From positions 1-49,355 of the forward strand of contig CAZPPZ010000002.1 in NCBI GenBank assembly GCA_964588545.1: DNA of 49,355 nt, written 5' to 3'. Under the pieces are notes generated by a model. The model had not been told where the DNA came from and did not search any database. It worked only from the letters and a program-made list of their open reading frames with translations. Position 1 is the stretch's first letter; each line of letters starts with the position of its first letter. This stretch comes from an uncultured Myxococcales bacterium (lineage in GTDB: Bacteria > Desulfobacterota > Binatia > UBA1149 > SPBQ01). Positions 29,375 to 38,373 of the stretch are shown here, in pieces. A program made the position numbers and the translations under genes.

Positions 29375-30733
29375 TCAGTTGCTTGTTTCGAGGTTAGCCC
29401 AGGGAGCAACCGCGGTTTTGTCGAAGCTGTAGTAGCGAGCGGCGTCGATAATAACCACACGGCAGTCGCGGGCCCTGGGGTGGGCGGCCGCAGCTTCACG
29501 CCAGCCCGCGAGGCCATCGAGCTCGTCACTTCCCAGATGTTCGTGCCACAGGCGTTTGCGCGTAGAAACGGCCAGGGCCTGGTCCCAGACGCAGACGTCT
29601 AGTTCGGAATCGCGCTTGAAACTAGGTGGCCAGAGATTGGCTGAGCCAAGCATCAACGCGCGATCGTCGATTATCATCAGCTTGGCGTGTACGTAGATGG
29701 GGCGTTCGAGATTGCCGGCGTGGGCCAGTCCAAACAGCGCAGCTCCAGGCTCATCGGCTAGTTGTTGCAGTGCGCTCCTGGTCTTGCGCATGTCCTCTTC
29801 CGGGTAGAGCAGTAGATTGGCATCGGGGCGCAGCGGCAGCACTGCAATCACCTCCACCCCACGTTTGGCCGCGCCGCTGAGCGCGGCGATTGTGTCGGGG
29901 TCGGTCAGGTATTGATGCTCTAGGTATATCAAGTCTTGCGCAGCCTCTATCCAGGCCAACACCGACTCGCGGATCGAGTGCTCTCCCCCGGACATCTCGA
30001 AGCGTTGGTCACGCTGCCAGCCTGCCGTCCCCCGATACAGATCGCGGCGGATGGTGCGAAGCACTTGGGCGGGCACGCCATCAGCGAATCCTGCTGGTCG
30101 AGTATCGAGTGAGCGCGAGGCGATGTCGTCGGCTACTTCTAGTGACGGAAAAGCCTGGCCGCACTCTAGGGTGCGCGTGGCCTGGTTCCAGCGTTCAATG
30201 AAGTTCGCTTCGACGTCGGCGGTGGCAGGTCCTTGGATCTCGGCGAAGAGGTCGTGGTAGCCACCGCCGCGGTGTTGCGGCGATGACAGACCGTCAGTCG
30301 TGAGGTTGATTCCACCCACGAAGGCGATGCTCCCATCAATGATGTGGCTCTTCTGGTGGTGGCAGCCGTGCGGCACCTGATCCCAACGCATACGCACGCG
30401 ACAACCCTCGCGCGCGAGCCTGTCAAGCTCTTCAGCCTCGCCACGAAAGCTGGCAATGCCACGGTACTCGCTCCACCAAAACAGCAGCCGCACATCGACA
30501 CCCCGCCGGGCCAGGCTATCGACGAACTCGAGCAGGGTGTGCTCGCTGCCGGGAAGTCGCATGCTGAGATCGACGAACGAAACCGTAATCCACAGTGCTG
30601 TTTTTGCTGCCGCGGCGGCGGCGAAAATGCGACCGAAGGCCTCCTCACCATCGATGAGGATGCCGATACGATTGCCCTCCCTCGGGGGGTAGCTTGCTCG
30701 TCCGGCAGGCGCCGGTTGCAGGTCCGAACTCAT
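29375..30733 (-). CDS. phospholipase D superfamily protein with two HKD motifs (ClsB/cardiolipin-synthase-like, no TM segment)
   Basis: First HKD motif is HHQKSHIIDGSIAFVGGINL and second is YVHAKLMIIDDRALMLGSANL. The N-terminus looks soluble. Confidence 0.85.
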   Translation of the reverse strand: MSSDLQPAPAGRASYPPREGNRIGILIDGEEAFGRIFAAAAAAKTALWITVSFVDLSMRLPGSEHTLLEFVDSLARRGVDVRLLFWWSEYRGIASFRGEAEELDRLAREGCRVRMRWDQVPHGCHHQKSHIIDGSIAFVGGINLTTDGLSSPQHRGGGYHDLFAEIQGPATADVEANFIERWNQATRTLECGQAFPSLEVADDIASRSLDTRPAGFADGVPAQVLRTIRRDLYRGTAGWQRDQRFEMSGGEHSIRESVLAWIEAAQDLIYLEHQYLTDPDTIAALSGAAKRGVEVIAVLPLRPDANLLLYPEEDMRKTRSALQQLADEPGAALFGLAHAGNLERPIYVHAKLMIIDDRALMLGSANLWPPSFKRDSELDVCVWDQALAVSTRKRLWHEHLGSDELDGLAGWREAAAAHPRARDCRVVIIDAARYYSFDKTAVAPWANLETSN

Positions 30734-30864
30734 AGCACTACTCTAGCTAAATCGACTACTTGGATAGCCGCCTCTAGCGCGGACGGGGCCGACTCCCGGG
30801 CGAATGTGGCAATTCGTTGCCGGTAAGGCAAGCCGCGTCTAGATCGGCCGCGCAGCATACGTTC

Positions 30865-31890
30865 ATGGAGAGTTCCGCCAATCATATAGCGCCGCTGCGT
30901 ATCGGCGATGTGAGCACCTCCACCAATCTGGTGCTCGCGCCGATGTCGGGTGTGACCGACTGTGCATTCCGCTCTGTGGTCAGACGCTGTAGTGGTTCTG
31001 CGGTGGGACTACTGGTGAGTGAGTTTATCGCGGCAGAGGGTTTGACCCGTGCTAATGCCAAGACCCTGTCGATGCTGCGCTACAAGCAAGAGGAACGGCC
31101 GATATCGATACAGATATTCGGTGCCGATGTTGATCGCATGGTACGTTCAGCCTGCATGGTCGAAGAGTGTGGTGCGGATATCGTGGATATCAATTGTGGT
31201 TGTCCGGCTCCAAAAGTAGTCAAGCGCGGCGGTGGAGCGCAGTTAATGCGTATGCCCGAGCGCTTGCGTGAGATCTTGGCGGGTATACGCGCGGCGGTGA
31301 GCATTCCCATGACCGTGAAGATACGTTCGGGCTGGGATGATCAATGCCTCAATGCGTTGGAGATCGCCCGCATCGCCGCAGGCGAGGGAGCCGACATGCT
31401 GTCGGTGCACGGCCGCACGCGCCGACAGCTCTACAGCGGACAGGCTGATTGGCGCTTGGTGGGGCAAATTCGCCAAGCCATAGCCATCCCGGTTCTCGGC
31501 AGTGGCGACGTTGGTGATGCCCAAGGGACGCTATCGCGGCTCGCCGCGGGTTTTGCCGATGGTGTGATGATTGGCCGCGCGGCCCTAGGAAACCCCTGGG
31601 TATTCAAGCAGATACAGGCGGAGGCTGAAGGCCTAAACTGTCCCGAACCCGCTCCTGGCGAACGCGTGGCGGCACTAGGATATTTTCGCGATGTGTTGCG
31701 CGAGTGTTTCCCCGACCATGTTTTTGTTGGCCGTCTCAGAGGCATGGCCTGTCGTCTGGTCAAGGGTATGCGTGGCGGTGCAGCCGCGCGGCGGGCAATC
31801 GGCATGGCCAAGACAGTGGCCGAGGTAGACGCGATCTTTGCCGAGTTTGTCCATAGCCGTGAAGCCGCTAGCCTCGAGGCGGTCGCTTGA
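30865..31890 (+). CDS. dusB: tRNA-dihydrouridine synthase
   Basis: Contains LVLAPMSGVTDCAFRSV, IDINCGCPAPKV, MTVKIRSGWD and HGRTRRQLYSGQADW. I preferred start ATG 30865. Confidence 0.88.
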   Translation: MESSANHIAPLRIGDVSTSTNLVLAPMSGVTDCAFRSVVRRCSGSAVGLLVSEFIAAEGLTRANAKTLSMLRYKQEERPISIQIFGADVDRMVRSACMVEECGADIVDINCGCPAPKVVKRGGGAQLMRMPERLREILAGIRAAVSIPMTVKIRSGWDDQCLNALEIARIAAGEGADMLSVHGRTRRQLYSGQADWRLVGQIRQAIAIPVLGSGDVGDAQGTLSRLAAGFADGVMIGRAALGNPWVFKQIQAEAEGLNCPEPAPGERVAALGYFRDVLRECFPDHVFVGRLRGMACRLVKGMRGGAAARRAIGMAKTVAEVDAIFAEFVHSREAASLEAVA

Positions 31891-31912
31891 AGCAACGTGA
31901 GCGTAAGACTCT

Positions 31913-32401
31913 ATGAATGAGCAGTACCAAGTTTTTGTCAGCAAGGACTATTTCAAGTTCAACGCTGCGCATTTTATGGCGTACCCTGGCTTTCGCGAAC
32001 GTCTGCATGGCCACAACTATCGGGTGGCGGTACGCATAGAGGGTGAGCTCGGCTCGGATGGTTATGTAATAGATTTTGGTGATATTAAGCGGGCGGCACG
32101 TGTGATTTGTGATGAGATCAACGAACGCGTGATTGTTCCCCGCTTCAGCGACTGTCTTAAGCTTGTTGAAAGTGATGTTAGTATAACGCTCGAGTGTGAA
32201 GACGGATCGGTGTTTTGCTTTCCGCGTGCAGACTGTGTGATCCTGCCAATCGCTCACTCCTCGGCGGAAGAGCTCGCAGCTTACGTGTGCAAGCGTCTGC
32301 TCACCGGACTAGAGGTACTCGACAGTCGTGTGGTCGGTAGTATAGAGGTCTCAGTTGCCGAAGCTCCGTTACAAGAAGCCCGTTACCGCGTCGATCTCTA
32401 G
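31913..32401 (+). CDS. 6-pyruvoyl-tetrahydropterin synthase fold protein (PTPS/QueD family, atypical loop)
   Basis: Contains FKFNAAHF...RERLHGHNYRVAVRIEGEL..DGYVIDFGDIK, the zinc-His triad pattern of COG0720. There is no Cys in the loop before HGH. Confidence 0.75.
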   Translation: MNEQYQVFVSKDYFKFNAAHFMAYPGFRERLHGHNYRVAVRIEGELGSDGYVIDFGDIKRAARVICDEINERVIVPRFSDCLKLVESDVSITLECEDGSVFCFPRADCVILPIAHSSAEELAAYVCKRLLTGLEVLDSRVVGSIEVSVAEAPLQEARYRVDL

Positions 32402-32426
32402 ATAGATGGCCGACGAAATACAGCAG

Positions 32427-32729
32427 ATGCGCTTTTCCACATTTGTGGGAACTATCCGAGCCGCGGTCGTGGTGGTGATGTTGGTGGTGACTATGGGCTG
32501 CGAGCCCAAGCCACTGCCTGAACCCGGCAGTGCCGCCGCTGAACTGTACAGCCAGCGCTGTGGCGGTACCTGTCACAACCTCTACTACCCGACGGTTATG
32601 ACCGCGGACATGTGGACGGCCATGGTTGAACGGATGGACTCTGAGATGTCCAGGCGTGGTGTGCCGCTGGCTGCCGCGGATAAGGACGCGATTCTCGCCT
32701 ACCTCCGGCGTAATTCGGGGGGCCGTTGA
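32427..32729 (+). CDS. small exported (possibly lipo-)protein with a cytochrome-c-like motif
   Basis: The hydrophobic N-terminus ends in VVTMGC. Then comes ELYSQRCGGTCH...MTADMWTAMVERM....AADKDAILAYL. This resembles the C..CH...W..tv.RM...e...i..YL haem-domain pattern, but with CX3CH spacing. Confidence 0.4.
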   Translation: MRFSTFVGTIRAAVVVVMLVVTMGCEPKPLPEPGSAAAELYSQRCGGTCHNLYYPTVMTADMWTAMVERMDSEMSRRGVPLAAADKDAILAYLRRNSGGR

Positions 32730-32736
32730 CCCGACC

Positions 32737-32760
32737 CGAAGGCCGGCTAGCCGGCCTTCG
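32737..32760. terminator. perfect 24-nt palindrome between convergent genes (candidate bidirectional terminator)
   Basis: The sequence is CGAAGGCCGG-CTAG-CCGGCCTTCG. The pepP stop codon lies in the loop. There is no U-tract. Confidence 0.45.
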
Positions 32761-34093
32761 AGCGCAGGCTCTCGATGTCGGCGCGCTGCGACGGAAGTCC
32801 GGCGGTGAGCAGCTCGTGGCCCTCAGCGGTAACCGCCACGTCGTCTTCTATGCGAATACCGATGCCGCGGTACTTGTCGGCAACCTCGGCATCACTGCGA
32901 ATATAGATGCCCGGCTCGACCGTGAGCACCATGCCGGGCTGAAGACTGCGCGAGCTTGAGTCTAGGCGGTAGCGGCCAACGTCATGGACGTCCATGCCTA
33001 GCCAGTGGCTGGTCTGGTGCATGTAGTAGGGCTGGTAACGGCGCTCAGCCAGACAGTCTTCCAGCGAGCCCTCGATGAGACCTATATCGATCATCCCCTG
33101 GGTGAGTAGCTCCAGCGCGGCCTGGTGTACGCTCTCTACACTTGCGCCTGGTTTGACCGCGGCAATCGCGGCCCCTTGTGCGGCCAAGCTGAGGTCGTAG
33201 AGCTCAGCCTGGGCGGGGCTGTATGTCTTCCCTACAGGAACAGTCCGAGTGATATCCGCGCAGTAACCGCCGTATTCACCCCCTGCATCGATAAGAACCA
33301 GCTGGTTCTCGCACAGGCGCTCTTGGTTGCTGGTGTAGTGGAGCACGGCGGCATTGGCCCCCCCGGCGACGATACTGCCGTAAGCGGGCCCGCTGCAACC
33401 ACCGTCACGCATGGCGTACTCAAGCAACGCCTCGGCCTGATACTCAAACATGCCCGGACGTAGGGTTCGCATCAATTGTAAGTGCGCAGCGACGCTGACA
33501 CGTGCCGCTTCACGCATGAGCTCTATTTCATCTGCGTCTTTGACCAGCCGCAGTTCTCCGAGCAGTTCGTCTGCGTCTTTGATGGTGAGCATTGCCAAGC
33601 CCTTGCGCGGGCGTTGGCCGTTGACGGCGTGTACGGTGTCGAGAACGCGGCGGTTGATGGCCGGATCCTGACTGTGCGAAAAATAAACCTGTTCGGCGCT
33701 CTCGAGGCAGCGTTGTAGTACTGCGAAGACTTCCTCCAGAGGGTAGGCATTGTCGGCTCCGTACTGCTCTAGTGCGCCTTCAATACCTATACGGCGTCCG
33801 GTCCAGGTCTCGGAGCGGGCATCACGCGGGCGCACGAACATTGAAAAGCCTTGGTTGGGGCTGGACTGCTCACCGTCAGCGTCGTCAGCCGCGGGCTTTA
33901 GAATCAGCGCGGCGGGTTCTTCGAAGCCACTGAGGTAGCGGATATTGCTGTTTTGCCGGTAGCGGTAGTGGACATCGGCCGAGTAGGTCACCTCGGCAGT
34001 GACCGGCAGGAACAGCACGGCTCGCTGTAGTCTGTCCATCACCGCTGCGCGTCTTCGGGCGTATACCTCTTTGCCCGGACCATGTGGTGTCAT
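32747..34093 (-). CDS. pepP: Xaa-Pro aminopeptidase (M24B)
   Basis: N-terminal AMP_N domain. The metal ligands lie in LIDAGGEYGGYCADITRT, HWLGMDVHDVG, TVEPGIY and GIRIEDDV. Confidence 0.92.
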   Translation of the reverse strand: MTPHGPGKEVYARRRAAVMDRLQRAVLFLPVTAEVTYSADVHYRYRQNSNIRYLSGFEEPAALILKPAADDADGEQSSPNQGFSMFVRPRDARSETWTGRRIGIEGALEQYGADNAYPLEEVFAVLQRCLESAEQVYFSHSQDPAINRRVLDTVHAVNGQRPRKGLAMLTIKDADELLGELRLVKDADEIELMREAARVSVAAHLQLMRTLRPGMFEYQAEALLEYAMRDGGCSGPAYGSIVAGGANAAVLHYTSNQERLCENQLVLIDAGGEYGGYCADITRTVPVGKTYSPAQAELYDLSLAAQGAAIAAVKPGASVESVHQAALELLTQGMIDIGLIEGSLEDCLAERRYQPYYMHQTSHWLGMDVHDVGRYRLDSSSRSLQPGMVLTVEPGIYIRSDAEVADKYRGIGIRIEDDVAVTAEGHELLTAGLPSQRADIESLRSKAG

Positions 34094-34102
34094 GATTCCC
34101 CC

Positions 34103-34384
34103 TCAGCCTTGGATCGACGGCAGGACTTGCTTGAAAGGGTGGATCTCTACGCTCGCGAATACCCCAGCAAGTGCATAGGGGTCTTTATCGGCGATGGTGC
34201 GGACGTCATCATCGTCGTCAGCCTCGATTACGATCAAGCTCCCACTGCCATCGGTCAAGGGACCGGCGAGGCGAATGCGGCCGGCGCGGTCGTAGATTCC
34301 TAGATGCTCCAGGTGTTGCTCACGTATCTGTGGACGGAGTTCCTTTGCATTGGGGCCGTCGCGTCCGATAATGACGTATAACAT
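34103..34384 (-). CDS. YciI family protein
   Basis: Reads MLYVIIGRDGPNA..LRPQIREQHLEHL....GRIRLAGPL.........DPYALAGVF..VEIHPFKQV. 93 aa. Confidence 0.85.
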   Translation of the reverse strand: MLYVIIGRDGPNAKELRPQIREQHLEHLGIYDRAGRIRLAGPLTDGSGSLIVIEADDDDDVRTIADKDPYALAGVFASVEIHPFKQVLPSIQG

Positions 34385-34454
34385 GTTGCTCCTACCCGCC
34401 GAGTTCTACGGCTCTCGGCTGCCCGATGAGGTTGTCCTGCAAGGTTATACTGAG

Positions 34455-34814
34455 ATGGCTCAAGACGAAAGACAGTGGGCGTTGGAGCGCTTCATTGCGG
34501 GTGTGGACCAACTAAAGACGGTTCTTGGACCCGCGGCTGCTCAGGCGGTAGATGCTGCTAAGGATGAGCTCGGACGGGCGCTGGCGGCGCGCGACCGCGG
34601 CGACCGCGATGCGGCGATTGCGGCGATTGCTCGTGCCATGACCGGGCTGGCTGGATTGGGCGATCAGCTCGGTGGGGCTGAAGGGGCGATGATGCGCGCG
34701 CTCAGCGGCGAGCTGATAAAAGGGCTGGCCGGTGACGATCGCGAGGCGGTCGAGCGTAACCTCGAGTTGATCGCTTCGCAGGCTGGGACGCCGAAGAAAT
34801 CAGATCCCAGCTGA
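34455..34814 (+). CDS. hypothetical alpha-helical Ala/Gly/Asp-rich protein
   Basis: The open frame spans 34350-34814. I chose ATG 34455 because the upstream starts (TTG 34350, ATG 34383) overlap the yciI coding region or start codon. No family recognised. Confidence 0.4.
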   Translation: MAQDERQWALERFIAGVDQLKTVLGPAAAQAVDAAKDELGRALAARDRGDRDAAIAAIARAMTGLAGLGDQLGGAEGAMMRALSGELIKGLAGDDREAVERNLELIASQAGTPKKSDPS

Positions 34815-34821
34815 ACGCTCG

Positions 34822-35622
34822 ATGGACTCTGCGCCAATAGTTACCCTACTTTCAGACTTCGGTAGCCGCGATGGCTATGTGGGGGCGATGAAGGGGGTTA
34901 TCTTGTCCCTGTGTCGTGACGCCCACATCATCGATATCAGCCACGACCTCCCCGCCTGTGATGTGTTTGCCGCTGCGTTGGCTCTGCAGACGGCGGCAGC
35001 GAGTTTTCCAACGGCGACCATTCATTTGGCGGTGGTCGATCCCGGTGTGGGTGGTGATAGGCGGCCGTTGCTCATCGAAGCCGCCGGCGCAACGTTTGTC
35101 GGTCCCGACAATGGCCTGCTGTCTCTGGCCGCGACGGCGCCGCGGCGCATTTACCACCTTGATAGGCCGGCTTACTTCGCCGACGAGATAAGCCCTACCT
35201 TTCATGGCCGCGACGTGTTTGCAGCGATCGTTGGGCACCTTGCTGCGGGGCTAGGCTGCGGCCAGTTGGCGACTCGCTGCGAGTCGATGGTCGACCTCGA
35301 GATCCCCGAGCCAGCTGTGCAGGCTGGCGTATGCATGGGCGAGATAATTCACGTCGATCGCTTCGGTAACCTGCTGAGCTCGTTGCGCCGTGAGCATCTC
35401 GGTGGCTGTGACAATAGCCTGCTGGTCGAGGTGGCGGGGCGGCGGATCAAGGGCATTTCGCTGACCTACTCCGAGGTTGCCGTCGGTGAGATGGTCGCGC
35501 TGATAGGCAGCTCCGGTTATCTCGAGATTGCAGTCAACCGCGGCTCGGCCGCGTGTGAGTTGGGTATAGCGACAAGCAGTGACAGCCGCGTGCCGGTTAG
35601 TGTAAGCGCGGCTGCGCTCTGA
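34822..35622 (+). CDS. SAM hydroxide adenosyltransferase (DUF62, chlorinase/fluorinase fold)
   Basis: [51 protein letters not shown] and HVDRFGNL are characteristic DUF62 blocks. Confidence 0.88.
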   Translation: MDSAPIVTLLSDFGSRDGYVGAMKGVILSLCRDAHIIDISHDLPACDVFAAALALQTAAASFPTATIHLAVVDPGVGGDRRPLLIEAAGATFVGPDNGLLSLAATAPRRIYHLDRPAYFADEISPTFHGRDVFAAIVGHLAAGLGCGQLATRCESMVDLEIPEPAVQAGVCMGEIIHVDRFGNLLSSLRREHLGGCDNSLLVEVAGRRIKGISLTYSEVAVGEMVALIGSSGYLEIAVNRGSAACELGIATSSDSRVPVSVSAAAL

Positions 35623-35653
35623 GTGCTCGCGGCAGCTTGCGGGCCGGTGCAGC

Positions 35654-36523
35654 ATGGCTAGAATGTCTGGCATGGGAAGTTACGCGAAAACAGCAGTTCT
35701 GTTGGCCACACTCAGCGCTCTACTGATACTCATTGGTGGAGCCGTCGGCGGTCAGGCTGGATTGATCATTGCCTTCGGCTTTGCGGTGGTGATGAATTTC
35801 AGCTCGTACTGGTTCTCGGACCGTATCGTTCTAAGAATGTACCACGCCAAGGAGGTCGACGGCGATCACCCTCTGTACCGCTTGGTCGAGCGTTTGGCGC
35901 TGAAAGCCGGGCTGCCGATGCCCAAGGTGTATTTGATCCCCACCGAATCGCCCAATGCTTTTGCCACCGGGCGCGATCCCGCGCATGCGTCGGTGGCGGC
36001 TACCCAAGGTATTCTAGCTTTGCTCACCGAAGAAGAACTGACTGGAGTCATGGCGCACGAGCTTGCCCACGTAAGTAACCGCGACATCTTGATTCAGTCG
36101 ATCGCCGCGACGATTGGCGCCGCGATAATGATGCTCGCCAGTATGGCGCGTTGGGCGGCGATTTTTGGTGTGGGCGGACGCGATGAGAACGGCCGTGGAA
36201 ACATGCTGACTCTGTTGGTAACGGCACTGGTGGCGCCACTGGCTGCTATGATTATCCAAGCGGCTATTTCGCGATCACGAGAGTACGCCGCCGATGCCGC
36301 TGGCGCGCGCATTGCCGGTGATGGACAGGGCTTGGCCGCGGCGCTCAACAAGATCGAGGCTGCTGTACGCCGGGCTCCGCTAGACGCGAATCCGGCCACG
36401 GCTCACCTGTTCATCATGGCGCCGCTGTCGGGTGGCCGGGGGCTGCGATCGTTGTTCAGCACCCATCCCCCTACCGAGGAACGGGTGCGTCGACTAACCA
36501 GTATTGGTGCCGGAACTCTCTAG
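35654..36523 (+). CDS. htpX: zinc metalloprotease HtpX (M48)
   Basis: [10 protein letters not shown] (HEXXH), [15 protein letters not shown] and [10 protein letters not shown], plus four TM segments. Three closely spaced ATGs (35654, 35663, 35672) leave the start ambiguous. Confidence 0.92.
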   Translation: MARMSGMGSYAKTAVLLATLSALLILIGGAVGGQAGLIIAFGFAVVMNFSSYWFSDRIVLRMYHAKEVDGDHPLYRLVERLALKAGLPMPKVYLIPTESPNAFATGRDPAHASVAATQGILALLTEEELTGVMAHELAHVSNRDILIQSIAATIGAAIMMLASMARWAAIFGVGGRDENGRGNMLTLLVTALVAPLAAMIIQAAISRSREYAADAAGARIAGDGQGLAAALNKIEAAVRRAPLDANPATAHLFIMAPLSGGRGLRSLFSTHPPTEERVRRLTSIGAGTL

Positions 36524-36536
36524 CAGCGACCACTAT

Positions 36537-38252
36537 CTAGTTGATAGTCAGGATGCCGCTCGCTAGAGCGTAGATGCCGGATTCGAGAGCGCTGCGAGCG
36601 CCGATCTTGGCGAGGGTCTGTCCGAGCCGAGTGTCGAACAACCCGGTCGTGGCGGTTGCACCGAACAGCCCGAGTTCCGCGAGGAAGCCCTTGGGTTCAG
36701 GTAGGTAGATGACGTCGACCTCATCGAGGTCGACGATTCCGGCTTTGGTAGCGGCGATACGCAAGGCGTCGCCGAGGCCGCCCATCTCATCGACGAGCCC
36801 ACGATCTAGGGCTTGATGACCGGTCCACACCCGGCCACCTCCGATTGCATCGACTTCTTCAGAGGTCATGCTGCGGCCAACCGCGACGCGCTCGAGGAAC
36901 AATCCATAGATGCCGTCGAGCTGGGTACGGATCACGGCGATCTCTGCGCGATCCATACCTTTGGTGATGTCCATGATGCGAGAGTAGCGCCCGCGCCCGA
37001 GGGTCTCGCTGCCGATCCCGAGCCTGCCGAGCAACCCGGCGATGTTGGGCTTGAACATCACCACGCCGATCGATCCGGTCAGCGTTACCGGTTCGGCGAT
37101 GATGACGTCGGCCGCCGAAGCCATGTAGTAGCCACCCGAGGCAGCCACGTCGCCTAGCGAGGCGATTACCGGTTTCTTTTCGCGCGCCAGTCTGGCGCTG
37201 CGCCACACCTGGTCCGAGGCCAGTGCCGAACCACCTGGACTATCAATGCGGAAGACTATGGCGTCTACGTTGTTATCCTTGCTGGCCTGGCGAAAGGCCT
37301 TTGACAAAGTGTCAGCACCCACGGTTACGCCAAAGGCGCCACGGCTCCCACCCGTGCCGGGAACGATATTGCCAACCGCGTGAATGATCGCCACAGTGGG
37401 CCGGCTGCGCAGGCTCAGCGAAGAACTCGACGCTGAGGTGTAGTCGCTTGAATCGATGAGCGTGACGGCGGTGGCGCCGCCAAGTGTGTCGGCGATCTCG
37501 TCGTAGAATAGCGCGCCATCGGCCAGCCCGGCTTCGACGAAGTCAGTGGCGGAAGCCGGCCCGGCATCGATGATATCGCCCATTTCTCCGGTCGATACGC
37601 CACGCGCATCGGCGATGGTCTTGAGGAAGTCGTGATTGATATCGTCGAGTATCGAATTGGCCATTTCGCGATGCGCGGGGGTCATGCCGCGACGCCCTAC
37701 CATGTCGCCGAAGGTCTTGTACTCGCGGACCTGTTCTACCTCCATGGCAACGTCGAACTTCTCCCAAAGCCCGCCGAGAAACAGATAGTTGGCCGACAAG
37801 CCAGTAACCAACGGTGACGCGGCCGGTGGTATGTAGAGGGTGTCGGCTACTGATACCAGGTAGTATTCGCGGTTACTTCCCGCGATTTCAGCATCGAGGA
37901 ATCCTATTACGCGTTTACCGCTGTTCTTGAACTCCGCTATAGCATCGCGAATCTCACGGGTGCGTCCCCAGCCTATGCCGAGTTGGCCGACACGCAGTAC
38001 TATCCCGGCTATTCTCGAGTCGCCACGGGCCGCGGCGATGCTATCAAGGAGTTCGACGAAGACGGTACGGTCCTCGAGGATTCGCGAGAGAGAACTCTTG
38101 GGCTGACCTTCCGGATAATCGCCGTGGAGGTCGAGAACCATATAGCTGCCATCTTTGATGTCGTCTCCGCCAAAAAACGATGCCGCTACTACGCCGACGA
38201 TGCCGATAAACAGCGCCGCCGCTATCCATTTTCTTTTTCTGGTTTTCTCCAC
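36537..38252 (-). CDS. sppA: signal peptide peptidase SppA, 67K type (S49)
   Basis: N-terminal anchor KRKWIAAALFIGIVGVVAASF and two S49 repeats. The second repeat has GDVAASGGYYMASAAD and TGSIGV. Confidence 0.9.
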   Translation of the reverse strand: MEKTRKRKWIAAALFIGIVGVVAASFFGGDDIKDGSYMVLDLHGDYPEGQPKSSLSRILEDRTVFVELLDSIAAARGDSRIAGIVLRVGQLGIGWGRTREIRDAIAEFKNSGKRVIGFLDAEIAGSNREYYLVSVADTLYIPPAASPLVTGLSANYLFLGGLWEKFDVAMEVEQVREYKTFGDMVGRRGMTPAHREMANSILDDINHDFLKTIADARGVSTGEMGDIIDAGPASATDFVEAGLADGALFYDEIADTLGGATAVTLIDSSDYTSASSSSLSLRSRPTVAIIHAVGNIVPGTGGSRGAFGVTVGADTLSKAFRQASKDNNVDAIVFRIDSPGGSALASDQVWRSARLAREKKPVIASLGDVAASGGYYMASAADVIIAEPVTLTGSIGVVMFKPNIAGLLGRLGIGSETLGRGRYSRIMDITKGMDRAEIAVIRTQLDGIYGLFLERVAVGRSMTSEEVDAIGGGRVWTGHQALDRGLVDEMGGLGDALRIAATKAGIVDLDEVDVIYLPEPKGFLAELGLFGATATTGLFDTRLGQTLAKIGARSALESGIYALASGILTIN

Positions 38253-38373
38253 CGCTTGTCTGCCCCCCCGCTAATAATAGGGCTAACAAGCTGCCGTGTG
38301 CTACGCAAACCCCCTCAGGTGCTCACGTGGGCGAGCCCGGGCCTTAGATCGGCAATTCTGCTAAGAGGTGTTA

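Noticed and set aside
30807-30820. Sigma54-like element TGGCAATTCGTTGC upstream of dus.
   Set aside because: The GG and GC dinucleotides are separated by 9 nt, not the required 10, and the -24 element is TGGCAA, not TGGCAC. No enhancer-binding protein gene is nearby.
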